From an uncultured delta proteobacterium (GTDB lineage Bacteria; Desulfobacterota; Desulfobaccia; Desulfobaccales; 0-14-0-80-60-11), in NCBI GenBank assembly GCA_963709285.1, contig CAVPVR010000003.1:160855-224854 (forward strand): a DNA stretch of 64,000 nt, given 5' to 3'. The first letter of the stretch is position 1. The number at the start of each line of letters is the position of its first letter. Positions 35,798-45,238 of this stretch are shown here, in pieces. The translations under genes were made by a program, and so were the position numbers. The notes under the pieces were generated by a model. It was not told the origin of the DNA. It searched no databases and saw only the letters and a list, made by a program, of their open reading frames with translations.

Positions 35798-35852
35798 AAA
35801 GGAAGATTTGGCTTTTTTGTGGGATATGTTGGATGCCGCCCAGGCTATTTGA
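35787..35852 (+). pseudogene. HepT (DUF86) toxin remnant, only 21 codons
   Basis: The ATG at 35787 gives MPPEKEDLAFLWDMLDAAQAI and then TGA (35850-35852). This matches the usual HepT N-terminal helix (…L.DIL.A…I). The remainder, including the RX4HXY region, is absent, and low-GC DNA begins at the stop. Confidence 0.7.
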
Positions 35853-35929
35853 GAATTTAAATATATTTATTTAACCTTAAATTAGGATAAAAATAAACTT
35901 TCAAAAAAATTTGGACCATTGAGGAAATT

Positions 35930-36874
35930 TTGGTGGAACAGCATAAAAAGTCCTGTCCCATATGTAAGCTGCCAGGGCAACCAGTGGAATCGCCAAAGAT
36001 ATATGATCAAGTTATCTATAATTGCTCTCGTTGCGGTCGATTTATAATTTCTAATACAGCTGAAGCAATTGCTGATAAACGACCCATTAACCCAAAATTA
36101 TCAGCTTGGATTCGCGACCGTAATGAAAAGGGTACTGCTGTACCAGAGATAAACTCTAATAGCTTGGAAGAGATTCCATCTTCTCTTCCCGATTATAGTC
36201 CGTCGGATAAGCAGTTAATACTTTTGAGAAACATAGAACAAAAATCCAAATATCCTGGCGACGAAGTTCAGATAGAACCAAAGATTGATGTGCCTTTTGC
36301 ATGGGCCTCCGGGCCACAAGAGTTTAATTACTATTTGGAATCCCTTAAGAAAAGAGGTTTTTTAGAGGGGACTACCATATCTCCTCCGCAATACATAATA
36401 ACCCCTAGGGGGTGGGATTACTTAGAAGAAAGGGCGGCACGTATAGAAGAAAAAACACAGGTTTTTGTTGCCATGTCATTTTCTAAGGAAATGAAGCCTA
36501 TCTGGGATAAAGGTCTTAAACCAGCGATTTTAGAAGCAGGATATAAAGCCTATCGCATTGATGTGGAACCACACATAGATAGAATCGATGCAAAGATCAT
36601 TACGGAGATCAATAATTCACGATTCCTTGTGGCAGATGTCACTGAACAGAAGCACGGTGTCTATTTTGAAGCCGGTTATGCTTTAGGAATTGGACTTCCC
36701 GTTATTTGGTGTGTGTGTAAGGATGACCTCGGAAATGTACATTTTGATACACGTCAATACAATCATATTGTCTGGGAATCGGAAGAGCAATTGAGGGAGC
36801 AGCTCTATAATCTTATTTGTGCAGTTGATGGAAAGGGTATTACACCAAAACTTCCTACATCAAAATTAGCCTAA
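35930..36874 (+). CDS. Zinc-ribbon / winged-helix-like / nucleoside 2-deoxyribosyltransferase-like (TIR-like Rossmann) domain protein; function unknown
   Basis: The start is TTG at 35930 or GTG at 35933, after GAGGAA (35921-35926). C9-x2-C12 and C32-x2-C35 form a 4-Cys ribbon. Residues about 90-170 (…ESLKKRGFLEG…ITPRGWDYLEE) look like a winged helix. Residues about 176-300 (VFVAMSF … RFLVADVTEQKHGVYFEAGYALGIGLPVIW) resemble the NDT-like core D-x-x-x-x-x-G-x-x-x-E-x-G-x-A-x-G-x-G-x-P-V. Hand-counted GC is 30% (35861-35960) and 41% (36301-36400). Confidence 0.8.
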   Translation: MVEQHKKSCPICKLPGQPVESPKIYDQVIYNCSRCGRFIISNTAEAIADKRPINPKLSAWIRDRNEKGTAVPEINSNSLEEIPSSLPDYSPSDKQLILLRNIEQKSKYPGDEVQIEPKIDVPFAWASGPQEFNYYLESLKKRGFLEGTTISPPQYIITPRGWDYLEERAARIEEKTQVFVAMSFSKEMKPIWDKGLKPAILEAGYKAYRIDVEPHIDRIDAKIITEINNSRFLVADVTEQKHGVYFEAGYALGIGLPVIWCVCKDDLGNVHFDTRQYNHIVWESEEQLREQLYNLICAVDGKGITPKLPTSKLA

Positions 36875-37070
36875 GACAGCTAATTGCAATTACAGGTATC
36901 CTTATTATATTTGTGTTAAAAAAGTTCACTTTGGTGTTTTTTTTGAATCAGCTTCAACGGGAGAAATCAAAGATCGCTGCAAGGTTCATGAAAACAAGGA
37001 TTGTTTAAATTCACTAATTCATTCAATTAGTTAGGGATTTTTAGCTCTGAAACAACACGACCTATTCAAT

Positions 37071-39508
37071 ATGGAAGCCCGACACATACCCATCAATATC
37101 GAGGACGAAATCCGCAAGTCCTACCTGGAGTATGCCCTGTCCGTCATCATCGGCCGGGCCCTGCCGGACGTGCGAGATGGTCTGAAACCCGTGCACCGGC
37201 GTATCCTCTACGCCATGGGGGAGGTGGGCAACGACTGGAACCGCCCCTACCGCAAGAGCGCCCGCATCGTCGGCGACGTCATCGGTAACTACCACCCCCA
37301 CGGCGACGCCGCGGTGTACGAGGCCTTGGTGCGCATGGCCCAGGACTTTTCCCTGCGCTACCCCCTGGTGGACGGCCAGGGGAACTTCGGCAGCATCGAC
37401 GGGGACGCGCCGGCGGCCATGCGTTACACCGAAGTGCGCCTGTCCCGGCTGGCCCATGAGCTCCTCCAGGACCTGGACAAGGACACGGTGGATTTCGTCC
37501 CCAACTATGACGGCTCCCAGAGGGAGCCCCTGGTCCTGCCCACCCGGCTACCCAATCTCCTGGTAAACGGCGGCTCCGGCATTGCGGTGGGCATGGCCAC
37601 CAACATCCCGCCCCACAACCTGGACGAGGTCTGCGAGGCCCTGCTGGCGTATCTTGACAACCCGGAGATCTCGCTCCCTGAGCTCATGGCCCTGCTCCCC
37701 GGACCGGACTTCCCCACGGGAGCATACATTTACGGCGCCGAGGGCATCGCCGAGGCCTATCGCCACCGGCAAAGGACTGATTCGCCTCCGGGCCAAGGTG
37801 GCGGTCGAGCGCAAGGGGGGCCGGGAGACCCTGGTGGTGCGGGAGCTTCCCTACCAGGTGAACAAGGCCCGGCTCATCGAGCGCATCGCTGAGCTGGTAA
37901 AAGACAAAAAGATCGAGGGCATCTCCGAGATTCGGGACGAGTCTGACCGGGAGGGGATGCGGGTGGTGATCCAGCTCAAGAAAGACGAGCCCGCCCAGAC
38001 CATCCTGAACCAGCTCTATCTCCACACCCAGATGCAGGTCACCTTCGGCATCAACCTGGTGGCCATCGTGGAGAACCGCCCGGAGCTTTTGAATCTCAGG
38101 GACCTGCTGCGCCACTTCCTGGCCCACCGCCGGGAGGTGATCCTCAGGCGCACTCGCTACGAGCTCAAGCAGGCTGAAGCTCGGGCCCACATCCTGGCAG
38201 GCCTGCTCATCGCCCTGGATCATCTGGACGAAGTCATCGAGCTCATCCGGGCCGCCCCGGACGCGGCTGCGGCCAAGGAGCAGCTTATCAGCCGGTTTGC
38301 GCTCAGTGACCTCCAGGCCCAGGCCATCCTGGACATGCGCCTGGCGCGCTTGACGGGTCTCGAGCGTCAGAAGATTATGGATGAGGCCAAAGAATTGGAA
38401 ACGGCCATCGCCCGCTTTCGCCTTATCCTCGCCGAGGAGGCCCAGGTTAAGGCCCTCATAGCTGAGGAGCTTCGAGAACTCAAAGATAAGTTCGGCGACG
38501 ACCGCAAAACCGAGATTATCCCCCAGGCCCAGGATTTCACCGACGAGGACCTCATCGCAGACGAAGAGATGGTGGTGACCATCAGCCACCGGAGCTACAT
38601 CAAGCGCACCCCCTTGAATATTTACCGCAGCCAACGCCGGGGCGGCAAGGGGCGCATGGGCATGTTTACCCGGGAAAACGACTTTGTGGCCCAGCTTTAC
38701 GTGGCTACCATGCACAGTTATTTCCTGGTCTTCACCAACACGGGCCGGGTTTTTTGGATCAAGGTCCATGAGATTCCCGCCGGTTCCCCTACGGCCCAGG
38801 GGAAGGCCATTGTCAACCTGTTGCAACTCGCCCCGGAAGACAAGCTGGCCACCATCCTGCCGGTGAGGGAATTCGTGGAAGGGTTCTCCCTGGTCATGGC
38901 CACTAAGCGAGGCGTGGTCAAGAAGACCGAGCTCATGAATTTTTCCCGGCCCCGCAAAGGCGGCATTATCGCCATTAACCTGGACGAAGGCGACGAGTTG
39001 GTTTGTGTGCGGCTGGTGCGAGCCGGAACAGGACATCTTCCTGGGAACCCGGCTGGGCAAGGTCATCCGCTTCCTCTCCGCCGAAGTCCGGGACATAGGC
39101 CGGGCCGCCCGGGGCGTCAAGGGCATCGAAGTCGGCAAGAAAGACTCGGTGGTGGGCATGGAGGTGGTCCAGCCCGAGGATATTATCCTCACGGTCACCG
39201 AACGGGGCTATGGCAAACGGACCCGGGCCGACGCCTACCCCCGGCACCACCGGGGCGGGCAGGGGGTCAAGGGACTGGACATTATTAAGAAGAACGGCCC
39301 GGTCCTTGCCCTTCTCCAGTTGGGCAAAGACGACGAAATTATGCTGGTCACCGATCGGGGGAAAATCCTCCGCATGGCGGTAAAAGCTATCTCGGTCATC
39401 GGCCGGGTCACCCAGGGCGTAAAGTTGATGGACGCCGAACCTGAAGAAAAGGTGGTGAGTGTGGCCAAGGTGGTAGAAAAGGGCGATGACGGCGACGGCG
39501 GCTCCTGA
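37071..39508 (+). pseudogene. gyrA: DNA gyrase subunit A, two single-nt frameshifts as assembled
   Basis: The N-terminus reads [49 protein letters not shown]. An extra C at about 37763 breaks [16 protein letters not shown] second shift near 39010-39022 joins …DEGDELVCVRLV to EPEQDIFLGTRLGKVIRF. The three pieces are track ORFs 37071..37892, 37582..39288 and 39005..39508. The span is 2438 nt, which equals 812 codons plus 2 nt. Confidence 0.92.
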
Positions 39509-40535
39509 AATCCAGCGGTCCCCGCCCCTGGCCATAATCGGCGCCGGCAGCTGGGGCACGACGTTGGCCCACCTCCTGGGTGAGAAGGGCTATACCGTTC
39601 GTCTTTGGGTCTTTGAACCCGAGGTTTACCAGGACCTCTCCCGAGACCGGATCAACTCCACTTTTCTCCCGGACGTGCGCCTTTCTTCCCGGATCAGTTT
39701 TACCCAGGATTTCGGCGAGGCCCTGGCCGGGGCTGCGGTAATGGTGATGGCCGTGCCCTCCCATGTCTTCCGGGAGGTGTTGGGAAATCTGGCTCCCCAC
39801 CTGTCCCCCACGACGGTTCTCCTCTCCGCCACCAAGGGCATAGAAACGGAAACCCTCCTGACCATGGACGGGGTGTCCCGGGAGGTAGTGGGGGCCGAGG
39901 TCCCCTATGCCGTGATGGGAGGGCCCAGCTTCGCCCGGGAAGTGGTGCAGAAATTCCCCACCGCGGTGACCATCGCCAGTCGGGACACCAAGGTGGCCCA
40001 GCGACTGCAACGCTTCTTTTCCACGTCATATTTCCGGGTCTACACCAGCTATGATGTCACCGGCGTGGAGTTGGGGGGAGCTCAAAAGAATATCTTCGCC
40101 ATCGGCACCGGTATTCTCGCCGGCATGGGTCTGGGTGACAACCCCCGGGCCGCCCTCATCACCCGGGGCCTGGCAGAAATGACCCGCCTGGGACTCCGCC
40201 TGGGGGCCAACCCCATGACCCTGGCCGGCCTGGGGGGGTTGGGGGACCTGGTCCTGACTTGCACCTCCAGCCAGAGCCGCAACTTCCAGGTGGGATTGCG
40301 GTTGGGACAGGGAGAGACCCTGTCTCAAATTCTGGCCGGCACCCAGATGGTGGCTGAAGGCGTGAATAACGCCCGGGCCTTTCACCTGCTGGCCCAGCGC
40401 CTGGGGGTGGAGATGCCCCTGGTGGAGGCGGTCTATCACATACTCTACGAGGGTCTGTCCCCCAAGGAAGCCATCAAAAAACTCATGAGCCGTGAACTCA
40501 AGGACGAACTGGAAGCCATGCAAGAAACCTGGTAG
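39486..40535 (+). CDS. gpsA: NAD(P)H-dependent glycerol-3-phosphate dehydrogenase
   Basis: A 349-aa ORF reading LAIIGAGSWGTTLAHLL…, …GPSFAREV… and …LTCTSSQSRNFQVG…. Its start overlaps the gyrA end. Confidence 0.92.
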   Translation: MTATAAPEIQRSPPLAIIGAGSWGTTLAHLLGEKGYTVRLWVFEPEVYQDLSRDRINSTFLPDVRLSSRISFTQDFGEALAGAAVMVMAVPSHVFREVLGNLAPHLSPTTVLLSATKGIETETLLTMDGVSREVVGAEVPYAVMGGPSFAREVVQKFPTAVTIASRDTKVAQRLQRFFSTSYFRVYTSYDVTGVELGGAQKNIFAIGTGILAGMGLGDNPRAALITRGLAEMTRLGLRLGANPMTLAGLGGLGDLVLTCTSSQSRNFQVGLRLGQGETLSQILAGTQMVAEGVNNARAFHLLAQRLGVEMPLVEAVYHILYEGLSPKEAIKKLMSRELKDELEAMQETW

Positions 40536-40675
40536 CAGCAGTAAACCATAACCCTCCCAAACACCCGAAAGAAAGCTTAAATCTCGAGCTTTCAGGGATG
40601 ATCACCATGGCAAGGGTTCGGGGCGGAGGAGAGGGGGGGACATCACAACCTCAATTCAGGGGAGGAGTGGATTTT

Positions 40676-42056
40676 ATGGGTAAAGGTGAAGTAATCAGCA
40701 TTAAAGACGAACGACCCTATATCTTTGATCACTTCGAAACCTCTATTCCCTGTCTGGGGGAGCCCAGGGTTGACTCCCCCATCAAGAGCATCCCTTTGTT
40801 CACCCGGGGCGGCAAGTTGGTGGAAAAGAGCTTTGTGAAAGATGCTGAAAAAGTCCTGGTGTATGACACCCTGGAATATTTGGAGCAACTTCCCCCTGAA
40901 GTAGAGCCCCTTACCTTTGAATTAGCCGGCCCCCGGGCTAAAATCTTCTTTGACCCCTCCAAAGTGCACTGCGCCATCGCCACCTGTGGGGGCCTGTGCC
41001 CCGGCACCAACGATGTCATCCGGGCCATCGTTTTAGAGCTGCATCACCTTTATAATGTGCGCCACATCTATGGGGTGCGCTACGGCTTTCAGGGCTTCAT
41101 CCCCAAGTACCGCCACGACCTCCTGCGCCTCACCCCTGATGAGGTGGTGAACATTCACAACTACGGCGGCACCATCCTGTCCTCTTCCCGGGGAGCCCAG
41201 GACATTGGGGAGATCGTCGACGCCCTGGACCGGTTGAATATCAGCGTCCTCTTTCTCATCGGCGGGGACGGCACGTTGAGGGCCGCCAACCGCATCTGTG
41301 AGGAGATTGACAAAACGGGAACTCAAGAAAAGCGTCATCGTCGTCCCCAAGACCATAGACAACGACATTCCCCTGGTATCCCGCTCCTTCGGTTTTGACA
41401 CTGCGGTGGAAATCGCCACTGAGGCCATCCGGGCGGCCCACACCGAGGCCCTGGGCGCGCCCAACGGCATCGGCCTGGTAAAGCTCATGGGTCGCTACGC
41501 CGGATTCGTGGCCGCTAATGCGGCCCTGGCCTTGCGGGAAGTTAATTTCGTGCTCATCCCCGAGTCAGACTTCGACATGGAAGGTGAGCAGGGCCTCCTG
41601 GCCAACCTGGAGGACCGTTTAAGTAAGCGGGGCCACGCGGTCATTCTGGTGGCCGAGGGCGCCGGGGAGAAATTTTTCAAAGAAGAAGATTTGCCCCGGG
41701 ACGCCTCGGGCAATGTCAAGCCCGGGGATATCGGCACCTACCTTTCGGACCGCATTAAAGAGCACCTCGCCGGCAAGAACATGGAGGTCAATCTGAAATA
41801 CATCGACCCGAGCTACATGATCAGAAGTATGCCGGCCAACTACAGCGACAGCATCTATTGCGGTTTTCTGGGACAGAATGCGGTGCATGCTGGTATGGCT
41901 GGCAAAACCGCCATGTTGGTATCACGCTGGCACGGCCACTTTGTGCACGTGCCCATCAAAGCGACGGTGGGGAGGACCAAAGAAGTGGATCTGGACTCCC
42001 CCCTGTGGCGGTGCGTTTTAGAGTCCACCGGCCAACCGCCATTGAAAAATGTGTGA
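40676..42056 (+). pseudogene. pfk: 6-phosphofructokinase (long PFK family; GGDGT motif suggests ATP type), one frameshift as assembled
   Basis: The ATG at 40676 follows GGAGGAG. The motifs CGGLCPGTNDVIRAIV, LIGGDGTLRAA and VVPKTIDNDI are present. An extra A in the A-run 41312-41315 splits track ORFs 40598..41398 and 41298..42056. The span is 1381 nt, which equals 460 codons plus 1 nt. Confidence 0.88.
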
Positions 42057-42313
42057 GGAGGAGCAGCCGGGAAGGGCCAGAGGTTACAGGCTCCTGTCTC
42101 CTCCTTTTGGGAAGAAAGAGACATCATGATGGAACTTTGGTAAGGTGGCCCTGAGCGGCTGCCCCGGGAGCGTCAGACGCCATCTGCAAACCTGGACCTG
42201 CCAATTGAATAAGAAATAAATTACGATATATGGAGGACACCCGCCTCTTGGGTGTCCTTTTAAGTTGCGCCAGGAGGGCGCCTAAGCTACATTTTTTTAG
42301 GCTGGACTCATCG

Positions 42314-42694
42314 ATGCAGGATAGTATAAAGCGTTTGGTGTTTTCTTGCCGCCAGTGCGGCGAGTGCTGCCAGGGGGAAAGGGGCATTCTGGTAACAACA
42401 ACTGAACTGGGGGCCATGGCCGCCCATCTGGGCCTTTCTCCCAGTGACTTCGCCTCCCGGTACCTGGTGGAAACGGCTCTGGGGCCACAACTTGCCACCC
42501 GGCTCGGGACCTGCGTCATGGCGCAAGACACCCTCTGCCGGGTGCACCCGGTTAAGCCCCGCATCTGCCGGGAGTGGCCTTTTCTGTCAGCGCTTCTCAC
42601 TCACGCCGACGAATTCGAAGCGGCTAAAGAGGCCTGTCCGGGAATTCTGGCTGATGCCGGGCATGAGGAATTCATCAAGGCGTCACGGGAATGA
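42314..42694 (+). CDS. YkgJ-family cysteine-cluster (CxxCxxCC) protein
   Basis: MQDSIKRLVFSCRQCGECCQGERG… and …CRVHPVKPRICREWPF. The ATG at 42314 is the preferred start. The track ORF starts at 42230. Confidence 0.8.
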   Translation: MQDSIKRLVFSCRQCGECCQGERGILVTTTELGAMAAHLGLSPSDFASRYLVETALGPQLATRLGTCVMAQDTLCRVHPVKPRICREWPFLSALLTHADEFEAAKEACPGILADAGHEEFIKASRE

Positions 42695-42833
42695 GATTAT
42701 TAAAAGAGAGCAATACCTTTACAGAAAATCCCGTGTGGTTTAGCAAAGTGCAAGAAGTAGTGTATCATCACTTTCCAATGGGCTGAAAATCCGATATTTA
42801 TCTAAGGACAAAATAACCGAAATCGAGAGGCTT

Positions 42834-43598
42834 ATGATCAAATACCGCGTCCTCAGAGGTCTGGCTTTTGTTATTGCCACCCTCGCTTTTTCAGTTACCG
42901 CACTGGCAACCCCTGCGCAGGAAACCGCCGAAAAGCGCTTTGCCAATGGCCTGGCCGCCTTGCAAGCCGGAGATGGAACCCAGGCCGCGGCCCTGTTCTC
43001 CGAAGCCCTGAAGCTAAAACCGGAGTGGGTGGAGGCCTACATCAACCGGGGACAAGCCTATGTCCTCCAGGGCCAGCTGACCAAGGGAGTAAAAGATTTT
43101 GACAAAGCCCTAGAATTGGCTCCCGAGGCTTACGAGGCCCTCTACAACCGGGGCCGGGCCTACACCAAACTGGGGCAACCGAACAAGGCAGTGGCCGACT
43201 ACACTGCGGCCCTGAAACTCAAAACTGACGACTGGCAGTTATATTACAACCGGGGCAACGCCTTTCTCGATGCGGGTAAGTACCGGGAGGCCCTGCAGGA
43301 CTATGAGCAGGCCCTGAAACTGAAGCCTCTAAACCCCGAAGTTATCCACAACCGGGGTCTGGCCCGGCTGGCGTTGGGCCAAAACGAAGACGCTCTTAAA
43401 GACTTTGGCCAAGCGCTTACCCTTGCCCCTAACTTTGCCAGGGCACAGTACAACCGGGGACGAGCCCTGGAGAGTTTGGGGCGCCTGCCCGAAGCCCGGG
43501 GGGCTTACCGGCTCTTTCTCCAGAGCGGTGACCCTGTCGTTGATAAACCTTTGCTGGAAAAAACTCTCCACCGCCTCCGGGCCCTGGAAGGGAAATGA
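42834..43598 (+). CDS. Secreted TPR-repeat protein
   Basis: The signal-like N-terminus VLRGLAFVIATLAFSVTALA is followed by about 6 repeats with the A..Y.RG.AY…G….A..D…AL.L.P pattern. Confidence 0.85.
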   Translation: MIKYRVLRGLAFVIATLAFSVTALATPAQETAEKRFANGLAALQAGDGTQAAALFSEALKLKPEWVEAYINRGQAYVLQGQLTKGVKDFDKALELAPEAYEALYNRGRAYTKLGQPNKAVADYTAALKLKTDDWQLYYNRGNAFLDAGKYREALQDYEQALKLKPLNPEVIHNRGLARLALGQNEDALKDFGQALTLAPNFARAQYNRGRALESLGRLPEARGAYRLFLQSGDPVVDKPLLEKTLHRLRALEGK

Positions 43599-43675
43599 GT
43601 AGTTATTTGAGGGGATAAGCAGGGGTTGCACGACTCTCTCACTCTCCCTCAACGTCCCCTCCCACGGTCAACGCC

Positions 43676-45202
43676 ATGGCTTTTTACGTCACGACGCCCA
43701 TATATTATGTGAATGCCGAGCCTCACCTCGGACATGCTTACACCACCATTGTGGCGGACGCCCTGGCCCGCTTTCACCGGCTCCTGGGGGAGGAAACCCG
43801 GTTCCAGACCGGCACCGACGAGCACGGGGACAAGGTCATGGAGGCCGCCCGGAAGGCGGGTCTCCCGGTCAGGGATTTCGTGGACCGCATCAGCGACAGC
43901 TTCCGCCAGACCTGGGATGAGCTCGGGATCAGCTACGACTTCTATGTGCGCACCACCCAGGCGTCACACGTGCGTCTGGTGCAAGAAATCCTGAGCCGCC
44001 TGCACCACCAGGGAGACATTTATTTTGGGGAATACGGCGGCCTGTACTGTTACGGCTGCGAGCGCTTTTATCTCGAACGGGAGCTCCAAGACGGCAAGTG
44101 CCCCGACCATCAGACACCCCCCACCTTCATCAAGGAAGAGAATTATTTTTTCCGCATGGGCCGCCACCAGGAATGGCTCATGGGGTTCATCGAAGACTAT
44201 CCGGATTGGATCCGCCCCGAGCGCTATAAAAATGAAGTCCTGGGCTTTCTCAGGGAACCCCTGGAAGACCTGTGCATTTCCCGGCCCAAACAACGCCTGG
44301 AGTGGGGCATCACCCTCCCTTTTGACGAGCGCTACGTGGCCTATGTGTGGTTCGACGCCCTGCTCAATTATTTGACGGGCCTGGACTACCCCGGGGGGGC
44401 CGCTTACCGGAAATTCTGGCCTGTGGTCCAGCACCTGATCGCCAAAGATATTTTGAAACCCCACGCCATTTACTGGCCCATTATGCTCAAGGCCGCGGGC
44501 ATCGATCCCTTCCAGCATCTCAACGTCCACGGGTACTGGCAGATGGCTGAAGGCAAGATGTCCAAAAGTCTGGGGAACGTGGTGGAACCCCGGACTCTGG
44601 TCGAGCTATACGGTATTGACCAGGTCCGTTATTTCTTTCTGCGAGAGATGGTTTTCGGTCTGGACGCCACCTTCAGCGAGGAGGCCCTGCGCACCCGCAT
44701 CAATTCTGATCTGGCCAATGACCTAGGGAACCTCTTTGCCCGCAGCCTGGGAATGGCCTTCAAGTACCGCCAAGGGGTGGTACCGGTCCCCGGAGGTCCC
44801 GAGACTGAGGATAAAGAAGTGGCCGCCCAGGCCCGGGAGACGGCTGCCGAGTTCCTCCGGCTTTTCCCGGAGCTGGAATTTCCCAAGGCCTTATCCCGGC
44901 TGTGGGAATACGTCGGCTTGCTCAACCGCTACATTGTTACTACCGCGCCCTGGGAACTGGCCAAGGACACCACAGCCCAGTCCCGCCTGGACACGGTCCT
45001 CTATCACCTGCTCGAGAGTCTGAGATGGCTGACCGCGCTTTTGCGGCCCGTGATGCCGACCAGTGCCATGAAAATGGCGGACCAGTTAGGCCTGGGAGTT
45101 TCCTTGTGGGACCGGCCACTCCCTGAAGTGCTGCAGTGGGGAGGGCTAGCCCCGGGCACCACTCTCAACCAGGGCAAAGCCCTTTTTCCCCGGCTGGAGT
45201 AG
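43676..45202 (+). CDS. metG: Methionine--tRNA ligase
   Basis: A 508-aa ORF. It has the HIGH-type motif EPHLGHAYT and KMSKSLGN, and the N-terminus MAFYVTTPIYYVNAEPH. Confidence 0.95.
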   Translation: MAFYVTTPIYYVNAEPHLGHAYTTIVADALARFHRLLGEETRFQTGTDEHGDKVMEAARKAGLPVRDFVDRISDSFRQTWDELGISYDFYVRTTQASHVRLVQEILSRLHHQGDIYFGEYGGLYCYGCERFYLERELQDGKCPDHQTPPTFIKEENYFFRMGRHQEWLMGFIEDYPDWIRPERYKNEVLGFLREPLEDLCISRPKQRLEWGITLPFDERYVAYVWFDALLNYLTGLDYPGGAAYRKFWPVVQHLIAKDILKPHAIYWPIMLKAAGIDPFQHLNVHGYWQMAEGKMSKSLGNVVEPRTLVELYGIDQVRYFFLREMVFGLDATFSEEALRTRINSDLANDLGNLFARSLGMAFKYRQGVVPVPGGPETEDKEVAAQARETAAEFLRLFPELEFPKALSRLWEYVGLLNRYIVTTAPWELAKDTTAQSRLDTVLYHLLESLRWLTALLRPVMPTSAMKMADQLGLGVSLWDRPLPEVLQWGGLAPGTTLNQGKALFPRLE

Positions 45203-45238
45203 GAGAGCGCGGGCCAGAGTCAGGCCGAGTTTCCCAAG

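Noticed and set aside
35853-35929. A retron-like msr/msd or other ncRNA upstream of the NDT-like gene, because retron Ec86 uses an NDT-like effector.
   Set aside because: There is no reverse transcriptase anywhere nearby. The 77-nt AT-rich stretch shows no inverted repeats of the a1/a2 type. It looks like a promoter/5' UTR.
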